62,936 bases of DNA, filler included, from Porpidia crustulata (GCA_964255105.1; 5 parts of 5 records of this genome joined end to end with filler, not necessarily neighbours in it), one strand, 5' to 3'; counted from the whole stretch's first letter, positions 1 through 13,473 are shown. Translations and numbers: made by a program. Notes: generated from the sequence alone by a model not told the origin.

Positions 1-3000
1 GCCCTTGATACCCCTGCCCCTGGCCAACCCCAAATTTCGCGTCTACCACCAGTGTTCCTGACGCGAGCGCCTGCTCCGCTGCCTCGATGCCTTCGGTCCC
101 GGGGTTTCCGTCATCTAGGAGGACCCGGTCCGCCGCGTGCACGAACTCGACGGGCGCGGTTTCCTTGATGAAAGCATCACTTTCGTCTTCAGAGTCGTCG
201 TAGGCCTGGGCCCCGATGGGCGCGCAGGAGAGAATATGCAGAACCCCAGCGGCGTCACCGACAAGGAGATTGGAGAAGTCGGGGGAAAAGGCGCCGCTTT
301 GGATGCCGGCACCGAGTTGGGCGACGTCTCGGATGAGTGTGTTGTCCGGGTGACGGAGGATGTCCCATTCTTTGATGACGCCGTCGGATGAGCCGGTCAG
401 GAGGCTTGTGCCATGTTCGTTCCAGGTGTTCAGCATGACGCCTGGGTCTACCTCTTCGCGAGAACATGACCGATCCCAATCCATTAGTGGTAGGCCGTGC
501 TCGAGGCGTTGAAGATGATGATTAGGTTTCCTGAAGTCCCAAACGTACGTGATACCGTTCGTACAACTGGCTGTCACATAATTAGCGTTTTGAGGATGAA
601 AGGTGACGTCTTGCATATCAGCGGCTCGGCACTCATATTCCATGGCGTATGATTTCGTATTCCGGAGATCCCAAGTTCGGACGACAGTCTTGGTCAGGTG
701 TCTATTCGTCAAAATACCTCTTCCTGCTGCGCCACCTGTTGCGAATAAGTTGTCGGTTGGATGCCAGGCTACCGAGTGCACGCTCTGGGTTGATGGCGAG
801 ACCTTTATATCTTGTTGATGATGCACATCGAATAAAGACAGCTGACCTTCCCGCGCCGGAGGAGGTCCGTCTAGCTCAGCCCACTGCTGAAATCCTGCAA
901 TTAGCAGATGGCTGGTTGTCGAAGTCATACCCCACCGAATGCACTCTGGGTATATCTGAGAGCTTAGTTTTTTCCGGGCTTGCGAAGACGAAAAGCCTAT
1001 CCAGCTCTCATATGAGCCTTCTTCGTTTGGATAGTACACTCGAACTGAGCCGTCCACAACCTTTGAAGCAGTAGCGAAGATGCCCTCATGCAAGGGTGAT
1101 ACTTCCAAGCTAGTCACTTGATTATCATGGTGGAGCGTTTCCTGGCATTTACGCTGCTTGGTGTCCCAGACTTTGACGGTCTGATCGTGGCTAGCGGTGA
1201 AAAGTTTGATTCCGTCTGGCGCAAATTGTAGCGACGACACGCTCTTATAAAGCCAGGGATCAAGTACTTCAGGTGTGGCTTCAATGGATCTGGCCATACG
1301 ATGGTCGGGTAGCTCATGTAATTGATTTGAAACGAGATCTCCGAGGAGCAAGTTGCATGGTCGATTGTATTGTTGATCTTCCCGATTGACATGAGCAGCG
1401 GCTCCTGCTGCATACATTGTAGAATCCGGCGCCCAGCCACATGCTACAACATCGCCAGATGCTCCCCGCCATGACCGCCAAGGGCGCAAATGCTTTGATA
1501 TGGTATGTAAGAAATCGTTGCCAGTGTTGAGTCCAAGCTCACGTCGTTGTAAAAGGGTGCAGATTGACCTGTGCAATGGCCGGGAGGACTCAATGACATT
1601 GTGTTCGACTCTATAGATCCTCGGTCGAGTAGCAGCGGTGTTATCAAGCAAATCCAAAAGAAAGGAAAGCTTATCGTCCTGACTTCTACCCGGTAGCGAG
1701 TCTTTGGTTTGTTTGTGGATCGCCTTGATCTTGGCATTGACTTGTGACTTGGTGGTATCCTGCAATCGCTTTTGAGCTTGGCCTATATAATTTTCTGGGT
1801 TGAGGTGATCGCCGAGACCGATGGTTGTTAATAATGCTTTGCATTCTTTGAAATCAAAGTCGACGTGATACACCTGACCGCGCCTGCAATTCAAATCCAA
1901 GGGGACAGACTTCGATGACCTGAGGGCACTGGAAGTGGAATAGTGACGACGTTTTCCGACAAATTTCTCATGGCTCGTCTGAGAGCTCACGATTTTGCTT
2001 CGTACCGTCGTCATGGCTTGTGGCAAGCCTACTCCACTGACATCTAGGCCTTCACTGGAATATACTTGCTCCAAAGGAGTGTCAGAATGGATCAGGCTTG
2101 GAATCTGCTTGAGGCCCCGAGGAATCCTTAGTTCGGTGCTTGATGCAAGCTTCATTGTCGTCGAACAGCTCGGTCCAGTGCACGATTGCATCACTGCAAT
2201 GTTCTGATTTTTTGATTTTCGCGGTTGATCTTCATGGGATTCAACACTTAGCTCTTGACGAGATCGATGGCGAGTGCGTCCATCGACAGCACCATCACTG
2301 CCAGCCTCCAATGATAATATGGATATTTGGCGCTCAGGATGGAATAAAGGACTACTGATATTGGAACTGTAGCGTGACGGAACGTGACTTACGATGAGAT
2401 CATCAAAAGACACTTGATTGCAGTCATTCCATGCATCGTGTGTAGAGGATACCTCCTCATCACTCTCTACACTTAGATGTTTGAAAGTCAAATTATTTCT
2501 TTGTTGATCGTCAGATTGAAGCATTTGAACCGCAAGAGGCTCAGTAGGAGCAGCTGTCTTAGTAACGCCTAGCCGAGGGAGAGGATGAACAACGCTGCTA
2601 GCGTGACCACTCGTTGGCTTGTATGAAGTGTTGCTGTTTGTGTCTCCCTTCCGGACAAGCACTGCCTGAGGGTCTTCAAGTTGAGCCAGCTTGCTTTCAC
2701 CAGCCTTCAAAACATTTCTTCGGGGATTTATATGGCTCGGCCTGCTGGGTACAGACGTTGTTCCAGATTTTCCCATGCGCGCAGCTGCTGCGTTAGGTGA
2801 GAGAAAGGACTCTCCTGGGCCAAGCAACGAGATATTGTACAACTCCGTAGAGAGGGAAGGATGCGTGGTGTCCTTTTCTTCTGTCCTATGTCCATTTTGG
2901 CGATGGCGAGATAGAGGAGTGTTCGACCTTTGCTCATTATGGAGTGATACTGCCGGTCGAGTGCGTCGTTGATGGCGGCGATAAACAGTGAGAGTCTCTT

Positions 3001-4480
3001 GACCGAATGCCTCCTCTACAGACCTTTGAATGATGTCTTTCTGCGGGCGATCTAGTTGATAGTTGCACTCGTTCATATGTATTAGAAAATCCTTATCCAC
3101 TACTTTCTCCACAACCTTTTATAGATCAGAATCGTCATTAGTAGACATATGGTCTGAGTTGGTAGGGGAACTCACGGTCTTGGCAATCGACATCAACTTG
3201 GCCTCAGAGAGCAGACCCTTAAGATCTGCCACTGCATTCTTGAGCGCAGGGTAAATTAATTCTTTGACGATATCTGCAAGCGCTGGATCTGCCTTATTTG
3301 TCAAGTAGAGTGATTTCATAAGTAACTCTTGTAAGGAATTATTGCATTTCGAATCTCTATGTACAAGGCTTGAATCTCTGCGGTGGCCGTGGTCTATTGA
3401 GGCGATCTTTGGAGGCGCTACTAACGTTTGCAAAGACCTACTCCAGGTAGAATCACTGTCTGCGATTATATGGTTCTTCTTGAATGGCCCCAAATGGGGA
3501 AGAGAGCTTCGAGGTTTTTTGATATTTGGCTTGGAGACTGATGGCCCAGCGTAGCTACGATCTATTGCTGGATATTGAGAGCTAATATTAGTATATTCTA
3601 GAGTACGTTCCTTCTTGAAGGCTGAAGTTTGGGGACCTCCCATCTCAGGCGTCTGGTGTGCGTCAGCTTCCAGATTGCTTTTATGGGGTCTCCCTCTTCT
3701 CTTTGGTGCTGACAAATCTAGTTGCGTCTGATGTAAAGGATGGTTTGTATCCATTGTTTTTGAGGTTACATCGCCGCTCATTTGAGATGTCTTTAGGTTT
3801 TTCCACGCGATTATATCGTCTCCCTCAAGATCTAAAATGCTCCATCTATCACAGGTTTGAGATCTGCCTCTCTTTTTCGATACATGTCCGTGTATTTGAC
3901 CCGACGCCAGCGCTTGAGATCCGCCCGTTGCAGCTGGGGACAGCATTGACAATGGTTCGAAATTCGGAGCAGTTGTGGATTGACTCTCGGTAGTTTTATG
4001 CACAACAGCGAGCCCAGGTTGTGGGGATAATGATATGACTGGAGAGTGCGATGCCAGTCTTGAATCTTCGGTCTCTGAGATAGATTCGCCTAATCCAGAA
4101 TCGATGGCAGTGGGTGGAAGTCTCGGAGAGTCGGAACTGGCAATACGAGCCCCACGGTCCTGAAGCACGTCTTTGTGACTCGTGGTATTCTCTATATCTA
4201 GAGAATCGTTCTTCGGATTTGGCGAGGCTGTCAGGAGGTGCGAAATCGGCCTCTTCTCGTTTTTAATGAGGCGCTCCAGCTTCATCTCTAAAGATACGCT
4301 AGATCCACGGTCCTGTGAACTGTGAGGTAAACTAAGACTCATCGTGTGCTTTAGGTATCGAGACGCAGCATGCTGGGCTCTCGACGCAGCCGCCCTGAGA
4401 TTCTCGAAACCGTAGTCGGCATCGTGATCTGACGCGATGGTAAGGTCAATGATCTCTCGGTCGCTGCTGGCCCTCGCCAT
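1..4480 (-). CDS. WD40-repeat DCAF protein, Raf1/Dos1/Clr8 (Neurospora DIM-9/DCAF26)-like, with long low-complexity N-terminus; 3' end cut off at window start
   Basis: Exon 1 is ORF 4480..3176. A 60-nt phase-0 intron follows (3175..3116; GTGAGT donor, TACTAAT branch, AAG acceptor). Exon 2 starts at 3115 in the same frame and appears to run off position 1 with no stop, which is why the ORF track omits it. Manual translation gives WRSWRGASGDVVACGWAPD, QYNRPCNLLLGD, LFTASHDQTVKVWD, ASCTNGITYVWDFRKP and LLTGSSDGVIKEWD, which resemble the S. pombe Raf1 propeller as I recall it. The middle of exon 2 was only spot-checked. Confidence 0.75.
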
Positions 4481-5427
4481 GCTACGTTGCGCCTCTACAC
4501 CATAGGCTTCGTAAATTTCCTGTGGAGATTGGTCTTGAAGAGATGATGAGCTCAGTCTAGCCTTCGAGAAAGTGATCGGTTATCGACGAAAGGTACTAGA
4601 GCTACTACAAATGTCCCTGCACGGCTCTTGTATGAGTGACACCGCCAGACCTGAGTGAATAGAAGCTCATAGGGTGACAGTCAGGCCCAAGATCGTGTCA
4701 TCGGCGACTTCATCGCGCATTTGCGAGCAGGAACATGTCGTGACGGTGGTAAAGCGCAGAGCAAATAAATGGCTGAATCAGTATACACGTCGATCCAGGG
4801 CCTCGGATTCTCCCTTGAAGAAGACGATCCCGATCCGTTAGTGGGATGTAGGTATTTCGCGTTGTCGTGAAACTCGGGACAGCGTATTTTCATGCAGGGT
4901 TATTTAGCCGAGAAGTCCGCAACAGAGAGAGCTACCAAAAAGGGGCAGATATTCTACGAGGAGCAGTGTCATCACTTCATGTTGCAAAAATTGAGAAGCG
5001 TCATCTCGAACAGCGGTACCACTCAAGCGTGAACAGTGACAGCGAGGTAACGCCTAAAGACTATTTCCAGCAGGAAGAGTCATTCCATTTTCAAAGGACT
5101 CAGATTGTCCATCAGCCGGATATGAGCGAACAGTATACATCGCATATTTTTCCGAGTTGAGAGACTGTTGACCACACATCTCATAGCCAGTCCGTCTTCA
5201 TTGATTGCTTTCCCATGACTAAGTATTATTTGACATCGTTTCGTCAACCTTCATTCAGGAAATCACGTGGATTATCTTTTAGAAAAATGTGTCTAGATCG
5301 TTTCCAAGTGCCAATGGTGCTTTATGCTGATCTATGGTGTAGTCCTGGACTATCAAAATAAAGCTCTCGTACCTCTACCCTTCTATGTCTCTGACCTTCT
5401 AGACCCGAACTTATCATGATCTCTGCT

Positions 5428-6678
5428 TCATAGCTTCGACTGAGAGCCCATTGCTGCCTCGAACTCCTTGCTAAAGGGATAATCAATGTAACCTTTTGGG
5501 CCCTTACTATAGAAGGTATCGCGGTTGTACTTTGTAAACGGGATTCCATGTTGAAGCCTGTATGGCAGATCCGGCGTACTTATGAAGTACCTCCCAAACG
5601 CTACGAGCACATCGAACCCCTTGTAGTCCGTCTCCACAACTTCTTTTGCAGTCTCTGCTGTGTATCCGCCACACACTATCACCGGGCTAGTGTTATCCCA
5701 CGCCTTCAGTGCAAATTGCAGCGTCTCGCGGCCCTCGATATCCAGATTACCGCTGATGCGAGACTCGACGAGGTGCAGATAGGCAAGCTTATACTGCTTA
5801 AGTCCATCGATGAGGTAGGTATATTGCGGTATAGGGTCGTCCAGCTTCATGTCTTGGAATGGGCTGAGTGGGGACAGGCGTATGCCAACGCGATCGGAGC
5901 CAATGGCCGTAGTACAAGCTTTGGCTACTTCAAAAGCGAAGCGAGCGCGTTTGGCGTTGGTGCCGCCCCAGGCGTCTATACTATGTCAATAGAGAAGTAT
6001 GACTAGCGGTATGGTATTTGGTGCCTAGGACGATTAGACTACTCACCTGTGCGCTCATTGCAATTCTCGTTCGTGAATTGGTCGATCAGATAACCCTAGA
6101 TAGGAGGTCAATAATTATTGTGTCGTTATCAGTTCAGGAATTGCAGGCGCTCGAACATTAGCCCCATGGATCTCGACTCCATCAAATCCAGCCTCGACCG
6201 CATTCTTCGCAGCTTGTTCGTAGTCCCCAATATAGGACCATATCTCATCCTCGGTCAATGCCCGTGGCACGGCCTTACCTTCTTCTTCGAGCCCTACCGC
6301 GCTACTACTCACAACACCGTCCTTCCCTGCTCCTTCAGCCATGGCTTGGGGAACAGCAGCTCTGCCAATATTCCAGAGCTGTAAGAACATGTAACTACCC
6401 TTCTCATGAACTGCATCCGTTACTTTCTTCCATGCATCAATTTGCGCCTGCTTCCAGATACCAGGAACATTCGGATAACCGGAGCCTCGAGGCGAGTAGA
6501 AGGAAGCCTCGGTAATAATCAGGGTCCCTGGGACGGAACCACGTTGAGCATAATGCTCGATGGCGAGGGAACCATGGACAAAGTCGTCCGAAGCACGAAA
6601 ACGAGTCATGGGGGCATAGGCGATACGGTGAGCGAGGTGGCATTTGCCCACTTCTATGGGTGAAAAGAGTGACGCCAT
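5428..6678 (-). CDS. Old yellow enzyme family NADH:flavin oxidoreductase (3 exons), C-terminal SKL
   Basis: Motifs [46 protein letters not shown] (after splicing), GIRLSP and VAFGRYFISTPDL. Introns at about 6156..6096 and 6046..5976. Confidence 0.93.
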
Positions 6679-7534
6679 ATTAAGTGCTTTCTAGGATTTG
6701 AGATATATCAGAATTATTGAATAACAATCAGTGGTCTTGCTCGACTAGAACGCTTTCTTCAAATATATATCACTTGGTAAGGTGGACACACTGAGTGACC
6801 AAGTCCAGTCTTTACGTAAGTACTGGTCAAGACTTGAGACGCACGCTCGAAAGAGAGGCTCAGGAGTTATGAATCGATGCGTGAATTTGAAATCAATTTG
6901 GCCTGACTTGCCGCCATAATCCATAAATCACAGATCTCTGCGCTGCTGCGAGAATATCTGTTGCTTTTGCAGCTTGCAGTAGGGCGTCTTTCTTGACCGC
7001 CTGACGCGACCACAAATCAGCAGAACAGGCACAGTCTGCTCTCTGATTGGCGAATTATTGATGGCTCTAGTGATTAGTGAAGCAGAAGCGGGAAAATATA
7101 GAGAGTACGGTAAGGTACTAGTTGCGTGGCTGCATACCCGACATTATTATGGCGCTATTGGCGGTAACAGCGCGGGAGCGTCTCCGAAATCGGTATCGGT
7201 AATTCGCTACCATAGGATTGGAGTCTCCCCTTAGCTCCCGTCCCTCTGTACTTCATGCACAACTCGGTATGTCATCAACTACGGCGTACGTTAGCCGGAG
7301 GTAGATATTCACCTAATAAGTTACGACATCATAGTTCCCAAGCACTTTGATTCTCCTGGCCGGCTACCTGAACTTGTTTTCTCGCAATGACCTTACGCTA
7401 TCTGTCGACGTCGCTCCCAGCTTCGTATAGACTCCACTGAGAGGCCCAAAGACTTTTCCAAGGACAATTCAAGGGCATCAAAGCTTTTAGAACCGATTAC
7501 TCGGACTCGCAATCAGAGCTCACAAGCGTGCACA

Positions 7535-8967
7535 ATGTCCGCCACTCCGGTGTCTCCAACCAAGCGAAATCAAATCCTGAGGGTTATCTTTTTCTCTCTG
7601 CTCCTGGACCTTGTAGGTCAGCCTTTCCAGGCCAAAGCTTGCCTAGTTAACAACTCCAGATCTCTTTCACTTTCATCCTACCGCTATTCCCCAAGCTTCT
7701 TGAGTTCTATCGTAATTTAGAAGCTCCTGCGCAAGCCTCTGACTCGGTCCTGAGTCGTATCCTCACTGGACTAAATACGTACAAACAATCCTTTTCACGT
7801 CCTATAAGCGATCGCTACGACATAGTCCTTCTAGGGGGCGCTCTTGGCTCGCTGTTCTCGATTCTCCAAGCAATCGCTTCGCCCTTCATCGGATCGCTAT
7901 CTGATAAATATGGACGGCGAACTGCGTTGTTGTGGTCTATGGCTGGCAATATTCTCTCAGTTGCGCTTTGGGTTGCAGCCTCTGATTTCCGCACCTTTCT
8001 CGCGAGTAGGGTAGTTGGAGGCTTAAGCGAAGGAAATGTGCAGCTAGCAACGGCCATGGCGGCAGATATTAGCGATGACCAACAGCGCGGCGCCACTATG
8101 GCTTTGGTAGGGGCGTGCTTTTCGATTGCCTTTACGTTCGGACCAGCGCTTGGTGCGGCGTTAGCAAACATTGAGACGGTAGCCGCGAACCCTTTTGCAA
8201 CAGCTGCTGGCTTCTCCCTATTCTTGATCGTTGTCGAAACTCTTTATTTGTACTTTTATCTTCCGGAAACCCTGCCATCGTCGCGGACGAAAACTTCAGC
8301 AAATGAATCGTCGAGAAAGACCAAACACTCGACGTCGGAAACTCATATCCGTACGAATTCGCATCTACTTCTGAATTTTACGCACTTTATATTCATTTTA
8401 TTTTTTAGCGGCATGGAGTTTTCGTTCCCGTTCATGACGTACGACCTGTTTGGGTATACTTCATCACAGTCCGGCAAGCTCCTGGGCTTCATCGGGCTTA
8501 TCGCCTCTGTCCTCCAAGGCACTGTCACAAGGAGACTGTATCCTTTACGGGTCGTGCAGGTCGGCGTAATCGCCTGTGCCGCCAGCTTCTTCCTCCTTGG
8601 CAGGTTGACCACCGAAGCTGGTCTTTATGGTGCCGCGACTCTCCTTGCAGTTACCACTGCGACCGTCGTCACTGGTCTGAACAGCCTCAGTAGTTTCGAG
8701 GCTTCAGAATCTGAAAGAGGAGGAAAGCTGGGAAACCACCGGAGCTGGGGTACGTTACAATTTACATCGGTTAATATAGTAGATTGGTGACTGACTCGTT
8801 CCGCAGGTCAAGTTGGCAGGTCCTGCGGCCCGTTGTTGTTCTGTACTTTGTACTGGTGGGCTGGCCGCGATGTGGCATATGCTATCGGCGGGGCCGGCAT
8901 GTTGGGGGTTTGTACCTTGGTCTTTAGCAGCTTAAAAGCTCCGCCGAGCTCGAAGAAGCAAAAATAA
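7535..8967 (+). CDS. MFS transporter, MFSD10/tetracycline-transporter-like (3 exons)
   Basis: Spliced product reads FFSLLLDLISFTFILPLFP...GSLSDKYGRR (MFS motif A)...SRVVGGLSEG, with many hydrophobic helices. Introns 7613..7659 and 8750..8806; stop TAA at 8965-8967. Confidence 0.9.
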
Positions 8968-10594
8968 TCCCAAAAGCTTTATCAACTAGGTTTTATATAC
9001 TAGACTCAGTATATAATACGGTATGCAGCACCAGATAAGTAATAATTTCGATGAGATTGGGGATTTTTTTATGGGCAGCTGCCCGAAGCACTATGCTAAT
9101 ACTAGGCTCGAGTCTAGAAAATATTGCACCGTTCCTAGATTAATATAATGCATAGAATCAAGTTTCCATCGTCGATACGTTCGATTCATATTGCCAATCC
9201 TTAGTTTCTTAACTTGGACTCCATGGTTATTCTACTATCGTTTCAGCCCGTTGTGTTCTTTTCAACTTGGTTCTCTGCTCAACCTAATGATCGCTCGGGG
9301 CATTAAGACTGCTGTGACCCTGACTTGTGATTTCCTGGGCTGCAGGAATTGAACATCAACTTTCTCAGGATCGCATTCGATGATGAATCACACCTCATGG
9401 TATGCATCCTTTACTCTGTATGAAGAACCATCAATCTGACCTTACTAGGTAAACTCATACATGAGGCGGCTGGTACCACCTGGAGGTTTTGAAGAATCAG
9501 TGATCAGAAGCCTTTGGCATCCAGGGATGTTTCAAGGCCTTAAGATGGTGTCCTTGAGAATGACGGGACAACCGTGCTTAGGAATCCTTCGGAATGATGT
9601 ATGTAGTTGGGCGTATTCAAATCACCAGCTGAAGAATTGGGCCAGCTCCAAACGCCAATCAACCCACGAATCCTCTTCATGATGAGATGCGGTCTTCGGC
9701 TCCTTCCTGATGTTAGATTATTTCGCACACACATATTCGCGACATATCTGGACTCGTAAGAAGGCGTAGTACCGACCTGACAACACAATGCCAGTCGGTC
9801 CTCTGGAATAGTTGCGACGTCTCATCCGTGGTCTCTCCCATCTTGGTCATAGTATCTTTCAACACGAAACCTACTTGTCGGATAGCTGACCTCTATTACC
9901 AAAAAAATTTGAATTTCACAAAGCTCATCCAAACACGACCAAGCCCGCAATTCTCACAGGCCAATGAATGTATCACACTCGACTTGGAAATCGGCTTTCT
10001 GAAGAAATCTGTAGCGGATGTACGGAGTACATCTCGTTGTTCCAGCTTGACCGATTGGGAAGTAGGCTCAGCCACACTGCATTGTAGGGCAGCGTGGGTA
10101 GCTCCTTCTAACCCGAGTTCGATAATGTGTCAGGCCCACTATGCACTCCAGTCCAAAAGCCAAAGCTTCAGTGTGCTCTTACTTGGTTTTCTAGCCGATG
10201 TTGATTAAACCTCAGAAGACTCAGCCTCTCTATGTCACACTATACATGAAACTGCTCAGCCAACCGACTACTCTTTGTCTTTGAGTGATACCTTCGTTTC
10301 AGCTGTGGATTTCATGCGCCGAGCCACCTGCGTCTGAAGATGTTTTCGAGTCCAATAACCACAACTTGTCGAGCGCGTGGATGGTACAACATTTCTTTTG
10401 AGTCATAGAGAAATGTCATAATGATGAGTTCAGGTTTCAAATTTTCTACATGCGTTGATGAGCAGCATGTGCTGAAACAGCATGGACTTTGGGCGCGCGC
10501 GTAGTCAAGACCGCCATAAGGCTTCGTTTCAGCATTCAGAATTATTTGTATACCCTCTCTTTTAATCACTACAGCTTACTTTCTTGCTTCTCAA

Positions 10595-12370
10595 ATGGAT
10601 CCAACTAATCAATATCTGTACACCTCTAACTTCATAGATAGAATCCCTACGACTAATCTCCTTTCAATTCTCACATTATGTATCGGACTTGCTGTCTTTG
10701 ATAATAGATTAAAGAGGTTGCAATCTGCAATCGAACGACTTGAGCAGCTCAAGGTTGGCTCGGCAGGAAGTGTAGGACCTAACGTTCTCATATCAGATTC
10801 TTCTTACTTTGCGACTGCTAATCAGGCATTGAGTAGGAAGGGCCCGCTAATCATGCAGCAGAGCAGGTCAATCCTCAATATCAGGGTTTGGATGAGTCTA
10901 GAGGGCAGTTTGCGACCGTTGAAAAGCATATCTTTGCGAGACTTTTGAAACGATCTGGGATCGCGCACCAGCGACTTGAACATATCAAGACCAAGCCATT
11001 GATTAATGTGGCACCCGAAGTATTGATATTGAATCCTCAGTACATATTTGTATCGCTGACAAACGCTGTCGGATAGGAAGCGGGTACCAGGCTTGCAGAG
11101 GAGCCTGCTGTCCTGGAACCTACGAGATCCATCAAAAGCGTGTGCAAAATACCGATTAATACAACGCAAGTGATAACTTCAAATACGAGCATACGCGCAT
11201 TGTCTGCAAGCCCCGGGGACAAAGTACACGAGGTAACTCCCTGTACACTCCAACTAAGATTGTAAAATCTTGCAGGACTAAAGACCAGTGTACGAAGCCA
11301 GCACTGAACCAGTAGTAGAGCATATCAATCCAGACCTTAAGTCCCTCGATGAGCGAAGGATAGAGAATCTAATAATACTGCCGTCTTCTTTTACCAGTAT
11401 TATCCAGAGACCCGAGCAATTTTTGGACGAGAATATCTCGGTTAATGTAAGTGCTCCTCTATCAGTGCTAGAAATTTTCTTACAATGATTCCTGTAGCAA
11501 GCTGGCGTAGGGTCAGTCAAAGATTGTGATACTTCAGAACTTCCAAAATGAAACGAGGAATGCCCACTTTTGAAGAAGTGCCCAGTAGAGATCAGAAATC
11601 AGATCTACCAACCCCTACTGGATTCGGCCACTCCAATCGATTTATCCGAGAATAATAAACTCATTCGTCCTCCGGGAGATATCTCGTTGGAATGGGGTGG
11701 AGCAACGTTCGACATCAATGCCAGGATCTTAAGAACATGCAAACAGGTGTATGAAGAAGCTATGTCGATCCTCTACAGCAACAACTTTGTAATATCGGGG
11801 ACGAAGGAGGCAAAAATATTCCAAGTTGAAAATATGCCACTTTCACCTCTACCCCAGGGGGTTACGTTGACCAGAACGGAGCTGAGCCACGTAGCATACT
11901 TCGCTCACATGATCGAGTACTAATTCTATACGGGAATCTAGATTTTCGAGCGTACCATACGCAAGGCTGACTTGTTCGGCCCATCGAGATTCACGGCCGG
12001 TTCCGTTTGATGCGCACGGTGACGCTCAGGTATGAGAGGCAATGGGGTGTCAACAACATCCCGCACGCAGGGCCCAGTACTGCTCTGTGGTTAAGATTCC
12101 CTCTGCCACGGGAGTTGACGCTGGACTTCTTATCATGGCGAGACGGCGACAAAATCTACTCGCTGGTACGTATTCCCCGCACACCGTGATCGAGCGTTGT
12201 TGCCGCTAAGAGCGAAACGCGTCCAGATCAAGCTTATCATCAGGGCTTTCAAGTCCCCCGGCAATCTTCACAAATTGACAGTGCGAGGAATCCAGATCAA
12301 AGGATTGCTTCGGGCACTGGAAGCACATCTAGTCAAGGAAGGTGGAATTTTCCACGTCGAGGACTGCTAA
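10595..12370 (+). pseudogene. Probable disrupted gene for a fungal F-box-like hypothetical protein
   Basis: Carries the common fungal motif CPLLKKCPVEIRNQIY...ILRTCKQVYEEAMSILY (about 11560-11780), but a TGA sits just upstream in frame and other segments end in stops (11074-11076, 11921-11923). A plausible last intron (about 12166-12226) leads to a terminal exon ending VEDC*. Boundaries are uncertain. Confidence 0.35.
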
Positions 12371-12513
12371 TATTACACTCCGACATGATAGGAGTGCTTA
12401 CTGGAATCTACGAATATAAACGGACGTCGTTTTTCAGGCGTTGATTGTAAAGGAACCGGAGGTGTTTTCGATAGACTGTACAATAGCAGAGAGACCACGG
12501 AACCCACCACAAT

Positions 12514-12613
12514 NNNNNNNNNNNNNNNNNNNNNNNNNNNNNNNNNNNNNNNNNNNNTTAATTAATTAANNNNNNNNNNNNNNNNNNNNNNNNNNNNNNN
12601 NNNNNNNNNNNNN
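12514..12613. other. Artificial contig-joining linker (N44-TTAATTAATTAA-N44)
   Basis: 100-nt linker with a six-frame stop cassette; the gene on the right is cut mid-CDS. Confidence 0.98.
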
Positions 12614-13473
12614 TTGCTTTCGAGCACGCTTGCTAGTCTGTTCTTCTCTTCCTTTGACTTCTCTAGTCGATTGACAATTGTTTCCTGCCCTTTCAGTAGC
12701 TCTCGTAGCCGTATTTTGAGATGATCATTTCGCTCTGTTTTCTCCTTTACCAGCACGTCCATGGTCTTGCGCTGCGCGTTTATTTCGTCTAGCCTGGCTT
12801 CCATCTCCTGGTTTTCCGTGAATAAAGTCTCGATGCGAGATTTTGTATTCTCAGCTTTGTTGAAGTGCTCATCTATCGTAGCAGTTTGCGCCTCACGAAA
12901 GCGTACGAAATTGATAATGTATGAGAAGATTTTGACCAAGCGATCGTGGGTGGGCTTGAGGAGGTCGTTGAAGGAGAAGTCGGTGATACCACACTGTAGA
13001 AATTATATCGATCAGCACTCTTCCATCACCAAAGTAGAGCTTCTCACCTCAACAAGTAGCTTCCGTAATGAAATGTAAAAACCCATCAGATTCCTTGTGT
13101 CTGCAGGCACAATCTCCATATACTCTCCACAAACATCCTCAGCTGCCGCACGCATTGCTGGCTCTACCGTCTCTCGCGTCGCGTTCATCAAAAGCTCTGC
13201 GAACCATTCGAATACCTTTTGTATCTGCTGTGGATTGGGTTTCTGGAGGTCCTCGGGTGAGAATTGAACACCAATGTCGCTGATACATCCTGCAATCTCT
13301 CGATCGGGCTTGAATCCACAAATCAGCTTGTGGAATCATACAGATCTTGGGTTGAGTTGCCAGCTTACCAGTCGCATGAACGCATCGCTATCGTTCTGTT
13401 GCTGCTTGCCTCGACTCCCTCCGCCGGCATTCTGCGAGCGGAATTGCTGGCTCATTCGAGCGTTGAAGTCCAT
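12614..13473 (-). CDS. NUF2: Kinetochore Ndc80-complex subunit Nuf2, N-terminal part (3' truncated)
   Basis: Spliced translation [10 protein letters not shown]...[32 protein letters not shown]...[48 protein letters not shown] is a Nuf2 CH domain followed by coiled coil. Two GT-AG introns. Confidence 0.93.

Noticed and set aside
12558..12569. TTAATTAATTAA palindrome repeated four times at ~12.6-kb spacing
   Set aside because: Artificial six-frame stop linker inside N runs. ORFs ending in X...N are artefacts of it.
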